Positions 29,885 through 39,376 of a stretch of DNA of 64,000 nucleotides are shown in pieces; the first letter of the stretch is position 1; each line of letters begins with the position of its first letter. This stretch comes from an uncultured Candidatus Saccharibacteria bacterium. GTDB taxonomy: Bacteria > Patescibacteriota > WWE3 > UBA101185 > UBA10185. The notes beneath the pieces are model-generated. The model saw only the letters and a program-made list of their open reading frames with translations, ran no database searches and was not told the origin of the DNA. The position numbers and the translations under genes were made by a program. The DNA lies in the NCBI GenBank assembly GCA_964643995.1, contig CAZXUJ010000001.1, positions 273,492-337,491 of the forward strand. Reading direction: 5' to 3'.

Positions 29885-30853
29885 ATGAAAACTCTTGATC
29901 AAGCTAATATCACTGCTGGAACTAAAGTATTGATTAGATCAGACCTAGATGTACCAATTAAAAACAACATAATTACAAATGAATACAGACTCATACAAAG
30001 TTTAGGAACGATTAAATATGTGCTAGAAAAGGGTGGGTATCCAATAATATGCGGACACATAGGAAAACCTGATGGAAAAGTAGTTCCAGAACTAAGCACT
30101 ACCTTGTTGAAACTGTGGTATACCTCACACCTTGGCTCTGCTAAATTCGAACTTATTGAAAACCTCCGCTTTGATCCCCGAGAAGAAAGCAACGATGATT
30201 CGTTTGCAAAAGAGCTAGCAAGTCATGCGGACATCTATGTCAATGACTCATTTGCAACATGTCACCGAGAACACGCATCAATAGTGTCAATACCTAGGTT
30301 ACTACCATGTTTCGCAGGAGTTAGACTTGAACTTGAGATTAACAATTTGAATAAACTGCTTGAAAATCCAGAACGCCCTTTTGTATGCGTGGTTGGAGGC
30401 ATAAAGCTTGAAAGTAAAAAGCCAGCTCTTTTGAAGATGCTGAGTATAGCGGATGTTGTACTAGTCGGTGGGCGTCTGGGATTAGACTGGAAGGAGGATA
30501 TCCCATCAAACCTGCACCTACCTTCGGACTACGCTACAACATTTGCAGACATTGGTCCTAACACGATTAACACTTTTAATGATAAAATCTCAAACGCAAA
30601 AACAATTGTATGGACAGGACCCGTCGGAGCATATGAAAAGGAGGAGTTTAGCATTGGAACCAAAGCAATAGCTACAAAAGTTGTAGAGGCCACAAGAAAC
30701 GGAGCATTCACGTTTATCGGCGGCGGAAATACAATTGAGGCTCTTGAAAAACTTGGTTTCTTGGACGAAGTCAGCTTTGTCTCCACTGGGGGAGGTGCAA
30801 TGTTACAGTATCTCGTTGACGGCACTTTGCCTGGAATAACTGCTCTAAACTAA
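29885..30853 (+). CDS. pgk: Phosphoglycerate kinase (compact, 322 aa)
   Basis: LIRSDLDVP N-terminal motif and C-terminal FIGGGNT...STGGGAMLQYL...LPGI signatures of PGK. Confidence 0.9.
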   Translation: MKTLDQANITAGTKVLIRSDLDVPIKNNIITNEYRLIQSLGTIKYVLEKGGYPIICGHIGKPDGKVVPELSTTLLKLWYTSHLGSAKFELIENLRFDPREESNDDSFAKELASHADIYVNDSFATCHREHASIVSIPRLLPCFAGVRLELEINNLNKLLENPERPFVCVVGGIKLESKKPALLKMLSIADVVLVGGRLGLDWKEDIPSNLHLPSDYATTFADIGPNTINTFNDKISNAKTIVWTGPVGAYEKEEFSIGTKAIATKVVEATRNGAFTFIGGGNTIEALEKLGFLDEVSFVSTGGGAMLQYLVDGTLPGITALN

Positions 30854-30859
30854 TACATT

Positions 30860-31138
30860 ATGGCAAAAACTCTTAAAATCACCTTTCCAGAGAAATGTAT
30901 AGGTTGTGAACTTTGCGTAGCAGAAGTTCAACGACAAATGAATAAAGTGGGACTTGATGGCTCCCTCATAAGAGTGTTTCGAAACAACGAAGACCACAAT
31001 GCGTTTGGAAACGTAACTTACATTATTGAACTAGATAATACTGTTGACTCTTTGGCAGTTAGTAAAATCAAGGATATTTGTCCAACAGGTGTGTTCACAG
31101 TGGAAGAAAAAACCGAATCAGCTAATTTACTAGAATAG
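30860..31138 (+). CDS. 4Fe-4S ferredoxin-like protein
   Basis: CIGCELC near the N-terminus and CPTGV near the C-terminus; 92 aa. It is translationally coupled to the downstream AOR-like gene. Confidence 0.6.
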   Translation: MAKTLKITFPEKCIGCELCVAEVQRQMNKVGLDGSLIRVFRNNEDHNAFGNVTYIIELDNTVDSLAVSKIKDICPTGVFTVEEKTESANLLE

Positions 31139-31139
31139 A

Positions 31140-31973
31140 ATGTTAAAAAAAATACTTTTTGTAAATTTAAAGAAAGAAACATTTGAAGTTAAGGCAATGC
31201 CTGAACTTGATAAATATATTGGAGGATTAGGGATTGGGCTAAAGTTGCTACAAGAATATGCGGATCAAGATCCAGTTATATTTTCGATTGGGCCACTAAA
31301 TGGTTTTTTCCCATTCGCTTCAAAAACTTCGATCATATTTCAGCACGAGGGTGTTGTTGAAGATATATATGTTGGAGGTACTCTATCAAGTCGAATTAGG
31401 TTTTCGGGACTAGATTCAATAGTGCTACTCAACAAATCCGAAAAACCACAAGTATTAGATATTACAGACGAAAATGTTACATTTCGATCAACAGAAGTAG
31501 ATCCAAACAACCTGGGATTACCTGGGAAAAGAAGTGTTATAAAGCCGGTACTGGATAAATTTGTCTTGGACAGCTATTTTGAGACACCAGAGAAACTTCT
31601 CGAAGAGAAACTCGTTAAAAAAAATGTGCGTGGTATGGTAGTGACTGGAACAAAAGTTTATGAGGTAGTTAATAGAGAACGCTACGAGGAGCTGTACACC
31701 AAGATTTTAAGTAGAACTAACGAAGTTACTGTAGAAAAGGCTAGCAACCCATCTTGTGCTGGATGCCCTGTAGGATGTAAACATTCAAAGGTTGGTGAAA
31801 TTGGTGGCAATGTACTTGTGCATAGTTTGGTGGGATGCGCGTTTTCAGAGAACATATATTCAAACATTGGAATAGTATTTTCGTGTTTGAACATTTTAGG
31901 CTATGATTATACCCACGAGGATATCGAAGCACTTCCAGTACTAATTAATGATTTACTTAAAGAATTAGCATGA
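31140..31973 (+). CDS. Aldehyde:ferredoxin oxidoreductase (AOR) family protein, C-terminally truncated. It has the N-terminal domain plus the CxxCxxxC Fe-S motif only
   Basis: The N-terminus matches the AOR N-domain pattern (KYIGGLGIG...DPVIFSIGPLNGFFPFASKTSII; GLDSIVLLNKSEKPQVLDITDENVTF). CAGCPVGCKH fits the AOR 4Fe-4S CxxCxxxC motif. The protein stops after 277 aa, overlapping the tpiA start. Confidence 0.6.
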   Translation: MLKKILFVNLKKETFEVKAMPELDKYIGGLGIGLKLLQEYADQDPVIFSIGPLNGFFPFASKTSIIFQHEGVVEDIYVGGTLSSRIRFSGLDSIVLLNKSEKPQVLDITDENVTFRSTEVDPNNLGLPGKRSVIKPVLDKFVLDSYFETPEKLLEEKLVKKNVRGMVVTGTKVYEVVNRERYEELYTKILSRTNEVTVEKASNPSCAGCPVGCKHSKVGEIGGNVLVHSLVGCAFSENIYSNIGIVFSCLNILGYDYTHEDIEALPVLINDLLKELA

Positions 31974-32617
31974 AAAAATATATAGTAGCTAACTGGAAAA
32001 TGCATATGAACAGAGAAAACGTAAATCATTGGTTGACCGATTGGAAAACACTTGCAAATCACCAGATAGACAACGTAATAATTGTAGCACCATCATTTTT
32101 ACACCTAAGCTTATTCACAGACACATCACAAATTTTTCTGGCAGGCCAGGACATTTCCGAAAACGAAAAGGGATCTCACACTGGCGATGTGGCCTCCTTT
32201 CAACTTAAGGATTACTGTCAGTACTGTATCGTGGGACATAGTGAAAGGTCCGAAAAGAAGGAAGCGGTAATAAAAAAAGCACAAAGATGCATAGAAGCAG
32301 GCATTAAACCAATAATCTGTTTTGCTAATCCCCACCAAGCTGGAGAGTACCTAGTTGATGGTGCCATGCTGACTTGGGAAGACCCAAGCAACATCTCGGT
32401 TGATGGTGTTTTCCGCCCAAAGAACCCAGAGGAAATTGCAATGGAAACTAAAAAAATCAGATCACTAATACCTTTGCAAACTGTACTTTTGTATGGAGGT
32501 TCGGTAAACGAATCAAATATATCGGCAATAAATGCAATATCAGAACTTAACGGCGTACTGGTTGGGGCGGCAAGCCTTAATGCCCAAAGTTTTTACAATA
32601 TTGCAACTGCTAAATAA
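31970..32617 (+). CDS. tpiA: Triosephosphate isomerase (compact, 215 aa)
   Basis: NWKM and GHSERSEKK signatures. Confidence 0.9.
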   Translation: MKKYIVANWKMHMNRENVNHWLTDWKTLANHQIDNVIIVAPSFLHLSLFTDTSQIFLAGQDISENEKGSHTGDVASFQLKDYCQYCIVGHSERSEKKEAVIKKAQRCIEAGIKPIICFANPHQAGEYLVDGAMLTWEDPSNISVDGVFRPKNPEEIAMETKKIRSLIPLQTVLLYGGSVNESNISAINAISELNGVLVGAASLNAQSFYNIATAK

Positions 32618-32621
32618 ATAT

Positions 32622-33692
32622 ATGAAATATGTAAACTTTTCTAAAAATGAACAGATAAGAAGTATTATAGAAAATAACGAAAGAAAGGGTAGTAAAAAAA
32701 GAACTAGATGGCCTTTGTTCATAATTTGTTTTTCATTATTAATGCTCTTTTCCTACCTTGTCTTTGGACAAAAAGTTAGGGCAATTTTCGACCCGATTTC
32801 TATAGTGGCTAACATGAATAATGCCAAATTGGAGGAAACAGACGGCAGAACAAACATACTTTTACTGGGATCTGATAAAAGATCCATCGGAAACGTCACT
32901 TCGGTACTTACGGACACCATACTTGTAGCATCTATTGGAAGAGTGGAAAAAGATGTTATCTTGATATCTCTTCCTAGAGATTTATGGGTGAGAAGTCCCC
33001 AAGGGTTTTTCACGAAAATTAATGCAGTATATGCATATGGCGGTGGTGACGACATGAAAGAGGTTGTTGAAGAAGTTCTGGGACTACCTTTGCACTATTA
33101 TGCAGTCGTCGACTTTAAACTATTCACTGAGACCATAGATGTCTTGGGCGGTGTCGACGTTGAGGTAGCTAATTCGTTTACAGATTACAACTATCCCGTG
33201 GAGGGAAAGGAAGATGCTCCACTAAACGAAAGGTATGAAGTAATCAAATTTGATCAGGGTGTACAAACAATGGACGGTGAAAGAGCCTTAAAATTTGTTA
33301 GATCAAGAAAAGGCGATAACGGTGAAGGTACCGATTTCGCCAGAGCTGCCCGACAACAAAAGGTAATAATGGCAATCAAAGATAAAGCACTTTCACTGGA
33401 TACTATAATGAACCCTACAAAGATAAAAAACCTATATGATACATATCGGGGTAACGTTGACACGGATTTAACGTTGGGCGATATACAAAATTTTTATTTG
33501 CTGTCACAACAAATAAGCTTTGATTCTGTTAAATCGATTGTGCTTGATGATCGTAGTGCGGCAGAGGAAGGCGGCCTCTTGTATTCCCCCGAGGACACAA
33601 GCCTCTACAACGGTGCCTATGTACTACTTCCAAAGACTGGAGATTTCTCCCAAGTTCACGCCTATGTTCAAAAATACATATTCGGTGAATAG
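32622..33692 (+). CDS. LytR-CpsA-Psr (LCP) family cell-envelope phosphotransferase
   Basis: N-terminal TM, then TNILLLGSD...DTILVASIG...ISLPRDLWV, characteristic of LCP. I moved the start to the ATG at 32622 just after the tpiA stop because the track start overlaps tpiA. Confidence 0.8.
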   Translation: MKYVNFSKNEQIRSIIENNERKGSKKRTRWPLFIICFSLLMLFSYLVFGQKVRAIFDPISIVANMNNAKLEETDGRTNILLLGSDKRSIGNVTSVLTDTILVASIGRVEKDVILISLPRDLWVRSPQGFFTKINAVYAYGGGDDMKEVVEEVLGLPLHYYAVVDFKLFTETIDVLGGVDVEVANSFTDYNYPVEGKEDAPLNERYEVIKFDQGVQTMDGERALKFVRSRKGDNGEGTDFARAARQQKVIMAIKDKALSLDTIMNPTKIKNLYDTYRGNVDTDLTLGDIQNFYLLSQQISFDSVKSIVLDDRSAAEEGGLLYSPEDTSLYNGAYVLLPKTGDFSQVHAYVQKYIFGE

Positions 33693-33698
33693 TTACAT

Positions 33699-34421
33699 AT
33701 GATCATCATCCTACACGGAGAGAACATAGCAAAATCAAGAACACTAATTTCACAACTAAAAGCTAAACTTGACCTTAAGACATCGGATAAAAACCTAAAC
33801 GCTCTAAAAAAGGACCTTGATATAGCTGATATCACACCTGGATTACTTAACGAAACGATTTTATCGTATGATTTATTTTCCGAACCACCATTTATAATTT
33901 TAGAGGTCTCAAACGCAAGTAGAAAAAATCTAGATGCTTACATTGAGGTATTGATGAAGGTACCTCAAGAAGTTACTTTGGTAATCTATTCGAAAAAAGA
34001 GCTTTCTAGATCCAATGTGTTCATTAAAAATGCAGCAAAATTACGTGCAAAAGTTTTGGAAAACATACAGGAACCAAATTCAAACATATTCGCATTTGTG
34101 GACGCTTTATGGAGTAAAAACAGAAAAAAGATTTATGAGGAATACACAAGTTTAATCGCAGATGGAGAAGAACCTTTCTATATATTTACAATGCTTATTT
34201 TTGGATTGCGAAATATTACATACGCCAAACTGGATTCTAAAGAATTAGTACAGAATGCCCCATTCGTTGCTCAAAAAGCTTTTAGACAAGCAAAAGAATT
34301 CAGCATAGATAAACTTCTTGATCTATATAGGGTAGCCTATCAAATGGATAAATCCCTAAAAACGGGCAAAATTAATATAGAACACGCAATTCCATTGATG
34401 ATTGAAAAAGTGTTAACATAG
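33699..34421 (+). CDS. holA: DNA polymerase III delta subunit-like (HolA-like)
   Basis: 240 aa. The N-terminus MIIILHGEN and the C-terminal helical region (DALWSKNRKKIYEEYTSLIADGEEPFYIFTMLIFGLRN) resemble HolA; similarity is weak. Confidence 0.45.
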   Translation: MIIILHGENIAKSRTLISQLKAKLDLKTSDKNLNALKKDLDIADITPGLLNETILSYDLFSEPPFIILEVSNASRKNLDAYIEVLMKVPQEVTLVIYSKKELSRSNVFIKNAAKLRAKVLENIQEPNSNIFAFVDALWSKNRKKIYEEYTSLIADGEEPFYIFTMLIFGLRNITYAKLDSKELVQNAPFVAQKAFRQAKEFSIDKLLDLYRVAYQMDKSLKTGKINIEHAIPLMIEKVLT

Positions 34422-34426
34422 GTATA

Positions 34427-35158
34427 ATGTCTGATTTTTTTCCAAAAAAATATGTAAAGGCTGAACCTTATGATCCCTTAGGCAAACAGTTAAACTTAAA
34501 GTTTACTATCCGCTCAAGAGTCTTACCCTATACCTTACCAACTGTAGCGATTTTCCTACTTACCACGCAAGTAGTATTGCCTCTGATTTCGTTTAGTACA
34601 CAAGATGAGATTTCCAAACCTGTGTCACAGAGTGCTTTGGGCTATGCAACAGGATTTAGGGAGTTTGATTTCATGGAATTGAATGACTCCGTTCTCGGTT
34701 CCACTACAGATGGTACTAATTCAACTGTCCCAGAGCATTTTTATATTACAATACCAAAATTGCGTATTCAGGATGCACTAGTAGAAACTAATGCAAAAAC
34801 ACTGAATCCTGATTTGGCTCTTGGACACTATACTGGATCCGCCCTTCCTGGTGAAGTGGGAAATACTTTTATATATGGGCACTCTGTATTGCCATTTTTT
34901 TACAATCCAAAGAATTACAAGACCATCTTCTCAACTTTACATAATCTAGAAGCTGGAGACGAAGTAATTATCAATTATAACAACAGAACACTCACATACA
35001 AAGTCGAAAAGAAACAGGACTTAAGGCCACAAGACGTAGAACCATTAGCGACCATTAAGCCTGCATATTTGAACGACTCTACTTTGGTACTAATGACATG
35101 CTCACCCGCTGGTACAAAAATTAAAAGATTGTTGGTTGAAGCAATACTAGTTAACTAG
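34427..35158 (+). CDS. Sortase family transpeptidase
   Basis: N-terminal TM; conserved His (IYGHSV), catalytic Cys in the LVLMTCSP (TLxTC-like) motif and a downstream Arg (KRLLVE). Confidence 0.8.
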   Translation: MSDFFPKKYVKAEPYDPLGKQLNLKFTIRSRVLPYTLPTVAIFLLTTQVVLPLISFSTQDEISKPVSQSALGYATGFREFDFMELNDSVLGSTTDGTNSTVPEHFYITIPKLRIQDALVETNAKTLNPDLALGHYTGSALPGEVGNTFIYGHSVLPFFYNPKNYKTIFSTLHNLEAGDEVIINYNNRTLTYKVEKKQDLRPQDVEPLATIKPAYLNDSTLVLMTCSPAGTKIKRLLVEAILVN

Positions 35159-35171
35159 GAACTAGTGGAAG

Positions 35172-35660
35172 TTAAAGGTCGTGCATTGCATCTTCTTCAA
35201 ATTTGGAGAGTGCGTACTTTCGGGGATTTAGAACCAGCATATAAACAAAAAACCCTATCAGCGATAATGAAGTGAGCAAGGCTACGGTTATAGTAAAGTC
35301 ACCAGTCTCAGGCACAGGTGTGGTACTTTGAGTAGTTTGTGAGGTTGCCCCAGCAAGTACAACTCTAGAAGGGGAATCTATCTTCTGACTCGAGAGTTTG
35401 CCGAAAGGTGTGTCTTCTGAAGTAGCAGATGTATTGTCGATATAAGCCACTTCTTTAGTTACATCAACTTTTGGAGTTTCTGCTACTTCTTCAATGGTCT
35501 TTGTGTAACCTAGTGTATTGGACTTTTCATCTTCAATACTTATTTCATTAGCTGAAGTATCCGATAGTAAGTAATAGAAGAACCCAAATACCAATAGTGA
35601 AACACCAAAGGTAATCAAGAAAGTCTTAAATCCATTTTTTGCTTGTTCAGAATTGTTCAT
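35172..35660 (-). CDS. Putative sortase substrate surface protein with a VPETG cell-wall sorting signal
   Basis: N-terminal signal/TM; C-terminal PVPETG followed by a hydrophobic stretch and NPRK. The gene is convergent with the adjacent sortase gene. Confidence 0.55.
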   Translation of the reverse strand: MNNSEQAKNGFKTFLITFGVSLLVFGFFYYLLSDTSANEISIEDEKSNTLGYTKTIEEVAETPKVDVTKEVAYIDNTSATSEDTPFGKLSSQKIDSPSRVVLAGATSQTTQSTTPVPETGDFTITVALLTSLSLIGFFVYMLVLNPRKYALSKFEEDAMHDL

Positions 35661-35672
35661 AGGCAGGACCTA

Positions 35673-35846
35673 CTAGAAGCTTTTTTTTCTAATAAAGTCA
35701 GTATCCAGATCTATACTCAAAGGCTCAGCTAAATCTTTTGTGCGTTGAGTAATATTATACGGGTTTTTTATCTGCTTAAATCCAAATAAAAATCCTAATA
35801 AAAGTATAAGCACACTAAATAAAAAAATCAACAAGACATGCTTCAT
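35673..35846 (-). CDS. Small membrane protein (57 aa)
   Basis: Its ATG overlaps the stop of the upstream bitopic-protein gene (ATGA coupling). The N-terminal 23 residues are hydrophobic. It is absent from the ORF track because it is under 60 aa. Confidence 0.4.
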   Translation of the reverse strand: MKHVLLIFLFSVLILLLGFLFGFKQIKNPYNITQRTKDLAEPLSIDLDTDFIRKKSF

Positions 35847-36424
35847 AAAATCACCTGAGAAATTTTAAACTCAATATTAATACGTAATTGGGAAGAGTCT
35901 GTGCTCTTAGTAGGGGTGGCGGAAACTTTAGATACACTAACAATACGTGTCATAGCCTCGAGGTCTTGAAGCAAATCTGGCAAATCCATCATACGCCCAA
36001 CAACATCTGTAGTAACTAGTAACTCACCGGAAGCGTCAGGTTGTGCAAAGATTATGCGGTCAAAAACGAAACCGTTTCTAGAATAAACCCTCGCCAATTC
36101 CTGGAGAAAATCAGAATTTGTTGACGATACAGGAATAGCTGTGTCCAGAAATTCAAGACCACGATTGTTTTTTATATAAGGTTCAAATTTTTCTATGACA
36201 TCTATGTTAGCCCGCAAGTTAGATTCTACTGTCTTGTACTCAGATAACACCCGATGTTTTTCCGAAAAAGTCTTGTAACCCTTAAAAATTCCAAAAAAAC
36301 CAAAGAATGCCAAGTTAAATGTTAACAATACAAGTAATATGATCGCCTGATTCTGAGGTTTAGAATCAATTTCACGAGCAATATAGGATTCAATAGTCTC
36401 TCGATCCATTGCTTTTTTTTTCAT
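35843..36424 (-). CDS. Bitopic membrane protein with a periplasmic coiled coil (PilO-like architecture; uncertain)
   Basis: Short cytoplasmic N-terminus, one TM (AIILLVLLTFNLAFFGFFGIF), then a coiled-coil region. This assignment rests on topology only. Confidence 0.3.
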   Translation of the reverse strand: MKKKAMDRETIESYIAREIDSKPQNQAIILLVLLTFNLAFFGFFGIFKGYKTFSEKHRVLSEYKTVESNLRANIDVIEKFEPYIKNNRGLEFLDTAIPVSSTNSDFLQELARVYSRNGFVFDRIIFAQPDASGELLVTTDVVGRMMDLPDLLQDLEAMTRIVSVSKVSATPTKSTDSSQLRINIEFKISQVIL

Positions 36425-37032
36425 CGCATACCTACTTCTAAGGTTACTTCGTAGGAACCTCTGTACGCTACGAGGGAGGCAGAATTTAATATAACTTGCT
36501 CTACATCAGTGACTTCCAAAAAACGATTTATTATGAGAGCAACAGACAGCGCATCTGTGGTTTCAAGTTTAATAAGCATTGCAAATGTTGTAGAGTCACC
36601 GGGTTTTAACCCAAGGGACATAACATCTACTGATGATGGTAAAAGACTAATAAGCTCCTCGGCTCTCTTGCCAAAAACTAGCCTGCTTGAGTCTACTGCT
36701 TTATATTTTTCGATTTGTTTATGGACTTGACGAGATTTCTCATAAACACTCGCTTTTTCAAGCAATTGATACTCTAAAGTTGTGACACGCTGCTCTGCGG
36801 AATCAAGCTGGTTGTTTACGATAAAATTAGCTATTATAGTGAGTATAAAACCCATTTGAATAAGGATAATAGGGTACCGAAACAACTTAACTATTTTGTC
36901 CTGATCAGTAACAATGAAATTAGTATCAATAAAACGATAATTGAGTAAATTAGGACTTTGACTTTGAGGTTGATTTTGACTTGGCTCTTGGCTTTGTCTT
37001 GGTTTGATTATTTTCTGAAGCAGGTCTTTCAT
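36421..37032 (-). CDS. Bitopic membrane protein with a coiled coil (PilN-like architecture; uncertain)
   Basis: ~55-aa Gln/Pro-rich cytoplasmic N-terminus, one TM, then a coiled coil. It is translationally coupled to the downstream gene. The first 83 nt of this ORF overlap the rpsT tail, so the true start may lie internally. Confidence 0.3.
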   Translation of the reverse strand: MKDLLQKIIKPRQSQEPSQNQPQSQSPNLLNYRFIDTNFIVTDQDKIVKLFRYPIILIQMGFILTIIANFIVNNQLDSAEQRVTTLEYQLLEKASVYEKSRQVHKQIEKYKAVDSSRLVFGKRAEELISLLPSSVDVMSLGLKPGDSTTFAMLIKLETTDALSVALIINRFLEVTDVEQVILNSASLVAYRGSYEVTLEVGMR

Positions 37033-37294
37033 GGACAGAGATTTTCTTTGAAATTTTAGCCTTTATTCTATTTGCTTTATTCTTGTGTATAACATTATTC
37101 TTAGAAGCTTTATCCACAACCTTATATAACAGACTTTCTTCCTTTTTTATTATAGCAATATCAACTTCATCTGTATCAAGCTGTTTTCGAAGAGATTTTA
37201 AAACATCTTTAATACGTTTCTTCCAGAAGTCGTTTTGTATTTTTCTTTTATTTGATTGTCTCAAAGCTTTAGAAGCTGATCTAGTATTTGGCAT
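36950..37294 (-). CDS. rpsT: 30S ribosomal protein S20
   Basis: MPNTRSASKALRQSNKRKIQN...VIHKNKANRIKAKISKKI matches S20 throughout. I trimmed the track ORF (to 37558) to the Met at 37294 because its upstream extension overlaps murJ on the opposite strand. Confidence 0.8.
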   Translation of the reverse strand: MPNTRSASKALRQSNKRKIQNDFWKKRIKDVLKSLRKQLDTDEVDIAIIKKEESLLYKVVDKASKNNVIHKNKANRIKAKISKKISVHERPASENNQTKTKPRAKSKSTSKSKS

Positions 37295-37358
37295 AAGCGG
37301 TTGTATGATATAACATAATATCGTTAAAAGCAAAGGTCTTCTTGGATAAACCCACATT

Positions 37359-39044
37359 ATGAAATTTATAAAAAAACTGATTAGCAACCTCACAATAGAA
37401 GAACTACGAGGTAAACTTAACTTAGTTGGCAAAGCACAAACAACAATTATTTCAGCCGCCTTTGTTCTGTTTGTATCTAGTGGGCTGTCAGCTGCGCTTG
37501 GTCTTGTCAAAGGAAGGCTATTAACTGCAAACTTCGGAGTGTCAGAAGAACTTGGCATATTTTATACTGCCGATCGAATACCAAACCTAATTTACTCCGT
37601 TTTAGTTGTAGGCGCATTATCAACTATATTTATCCCTGTATTTACTGAGCTGATCTCAAAAAGTAAGAAACAAGCTTGGGAAGCAGCATCATCAATAATA
37701 ATAGTAGGTTTTGGCTTTTTTGCGATTATAAGCCTTATTGCTATGATATTTGCCCCACAAATAATAGCGGGCTTAGCACTTGGAGAATTTAGCGAGCAAC
37801 AGATTATGTTAGGGGCCGATCTGATGAGAATCATGATAGTAGCTCAAATAATACTGGTACTTAGCAGTTTCACTACATGTATACTGCAATCCTTCAAACT
37901 TTTTCTTGCACCAGCAATGGCACCTGTAGTCTACAACCTAGGAATGATATTAGGTGTGATTTTTCTATCAGATAAGTATGGGATGTATGGACCTGCGTAC
38001 GGAGTGATAATTGGTGCTTTACTACATTTTGCCATTCAACTGCCGGCTCTCAAAAAACTAGACTTTGACTTTGAGTTAAAAGTTGACTTAAAAAATAAAG
38101 GTATTCGCCATGTTTTTAAACTAATACCTCCCAGAATATTGAGTGTGGTTCTTAATCAATCTATCTCCACTATTAGTAACTCATTGGCAATTTTGGTATC
38201 GACGTCATCTGTAGTTATTTTAAAATTTTCAAGCCAGCTACAGTTCTTTCCAGTACACTTGTTTGGCGCATCTATGGCAGCAGCTTCTTTACCGGTACTA
38301 TCAGAATTAGCCGGACAAGACAATAAAAGTTTCAAAAAGGTATTTATAACTACACTACATCAAACACTCTTCATGGTACTACCAGCAAGTATGTTGTTAC
38401 TAATATTGAGGATGCCAATAGTCCGACTAGTATACGGTGTTGAGAATTTCCCATGGGAAGCGACAATAAAGACAGCCTATACTCTAGCCTTCTTTAGCGT
38501 TTCGATATTTTCACAAAGTGTTGTCTATTTATGTACACGTGCTTTCTACGCCCAAAAAGATACCATTACACCTGTGAAACTAAGCGTTCTATCGTTACTA
38601 ATAAATACCTTCGTTGCAGTTTACCTGGTCACAAAAATGGATTTCGGGGTCTGGGCTATAGCGCTATCCTATTCACTAGCGTCCCTGATAGAAATGTCAC
38701 TCTTAATTTATTACTTATCGAAAAAACTTGACGGCTTCACATTCGAGGAGCTGTTTGTCCCTTTTATAAAAATAGGTTATGCCACAGTATTTATGGGAAT
38801 GTTTATATATACACCACTTAAGATACTTGACCAGCAGGTTTTTGACACTTCAAGAACAATTAACCTCCTGGTTCTAACTATATTGGTCGCGCTCGCTGGA
38901 TCTGCTTCGTACATTGTATTTACCAAGCTCTTTAATGTTGTAGAGATTGAATTACTATACAAACTATTGAGAAAGTTCAAACTTAGATCACCTGAAAAGG
39001 CAATTCCAGCTACCGTAGTTTCAAGTACTTCCGACAACATTTAG
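37359..39044 (+). CDS. murJ: Lipid II flippase MurJ (MviN)
   Basis: 561 aa polytopic protein. The N-terminal region ...SAALGLVKGRLLTANFGVSEELGIFYTADRIPNLIYSVLVVGALSTIFIPVF is the MurJ signature. Confidence 0.9.
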   Translation: MKFIKKLISNLTIEELRGKLNLVGKAQTTIISAAFVLFVSSGLSAALGLVKGRLLTANFGVSEELGIFYTADRIPNLIYSVLVVGALSTIFIPVFTELISKSKKQAWEAASSIIIVGFGFFAIISLIAMIFAPQIIAGLALGEFSEQQIMLGADLMRIMIVAQIILVLSSFTTCILQSFKLFLAPAMAPVVYNLGMILGVIFLSDKYGMYGPAYGVIIGALLHFAIQLPALKKLDFDFELKVDLKNKGIRHVFKLIPPRILSVVLNQSISTISNSLAILVSTSSVVILKFSSQLQFFPVHLFGASMAAASLPVLSELAGQDNKSFKKVFITTLHQTLFMVLPASMLLLILRMPIVRLVYGVENFPWEATIKTAYTLAFFSVSIFSQSVVYLCTRAFYAQKDTITPVKLSVLSLLINTFVAVYLVTKMDFGVWAIALSYSLASLIEMSLLIYYLSKKLDGFTFEELFVPFIKIGYATVFMGMFIYTPLKILDQQVFDTSRTINLLVLTILVALAGSASYIVFTKLFNVVEIELLYKLLRKFKLRSPEKAIPATVVSSTSDNI

Positions 39045-39127
39045 GCAGCACTAGATAATAGACCTATAGCTATTTCCGGGTTATAATCCCCACACTTCGG
39101 AGCAAAAGGTAATAGGTAGAAAAACAA

Positions 39128-39376
39128 ATGGTAAGAGAAGCATCACGCGTTGGAACCTGGTTGATTGCGGCAGTAGTTGGGTTGCTAGTGTGATATGACA
39201 GTTGTGCGCAAGACAAAGCACAAGAGGGATCAAATCAGGTAGATCTCGCCGTAATAGATGGGGTGCAACCCAAAGATCCGGTGGCTGATGCATCTTATTT
39301 TGAACCACTTTTAGCTCAAATAGAGCAACTTCAAATACTTTACGAGACTTCAACTAAGGGGGACTCAGATGCTTAA
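39128..39376 (+). pseudogene. Small signal/TM protein reading frame interrupted by an in-frame TGA (21 codons, TGA, 60 codons)
   Basis: The ATG at 39128 encodes MVREASRVGTWLIAAVVGLLV, then TGA at 39191-39193. The same frame continues without a start codon as ...AQEGSNQVDLAVIDGVQPKDPVADASYFEPLLAQIEQLQILYETSTKGDSDA, ending at 39376. Confidence 0.25.

Noticed and set aside
36950-37558. 202-aa ORF as listed in the track
   Set aside because: Only the C-terminal 114 residues, from MPNTRSASKALRQ, are ribosomal protein S20. The N-terminal 88 codons are an upstream extension that overlaps the murJ start on the opposite strand. I trimmed it to 36950-37294.
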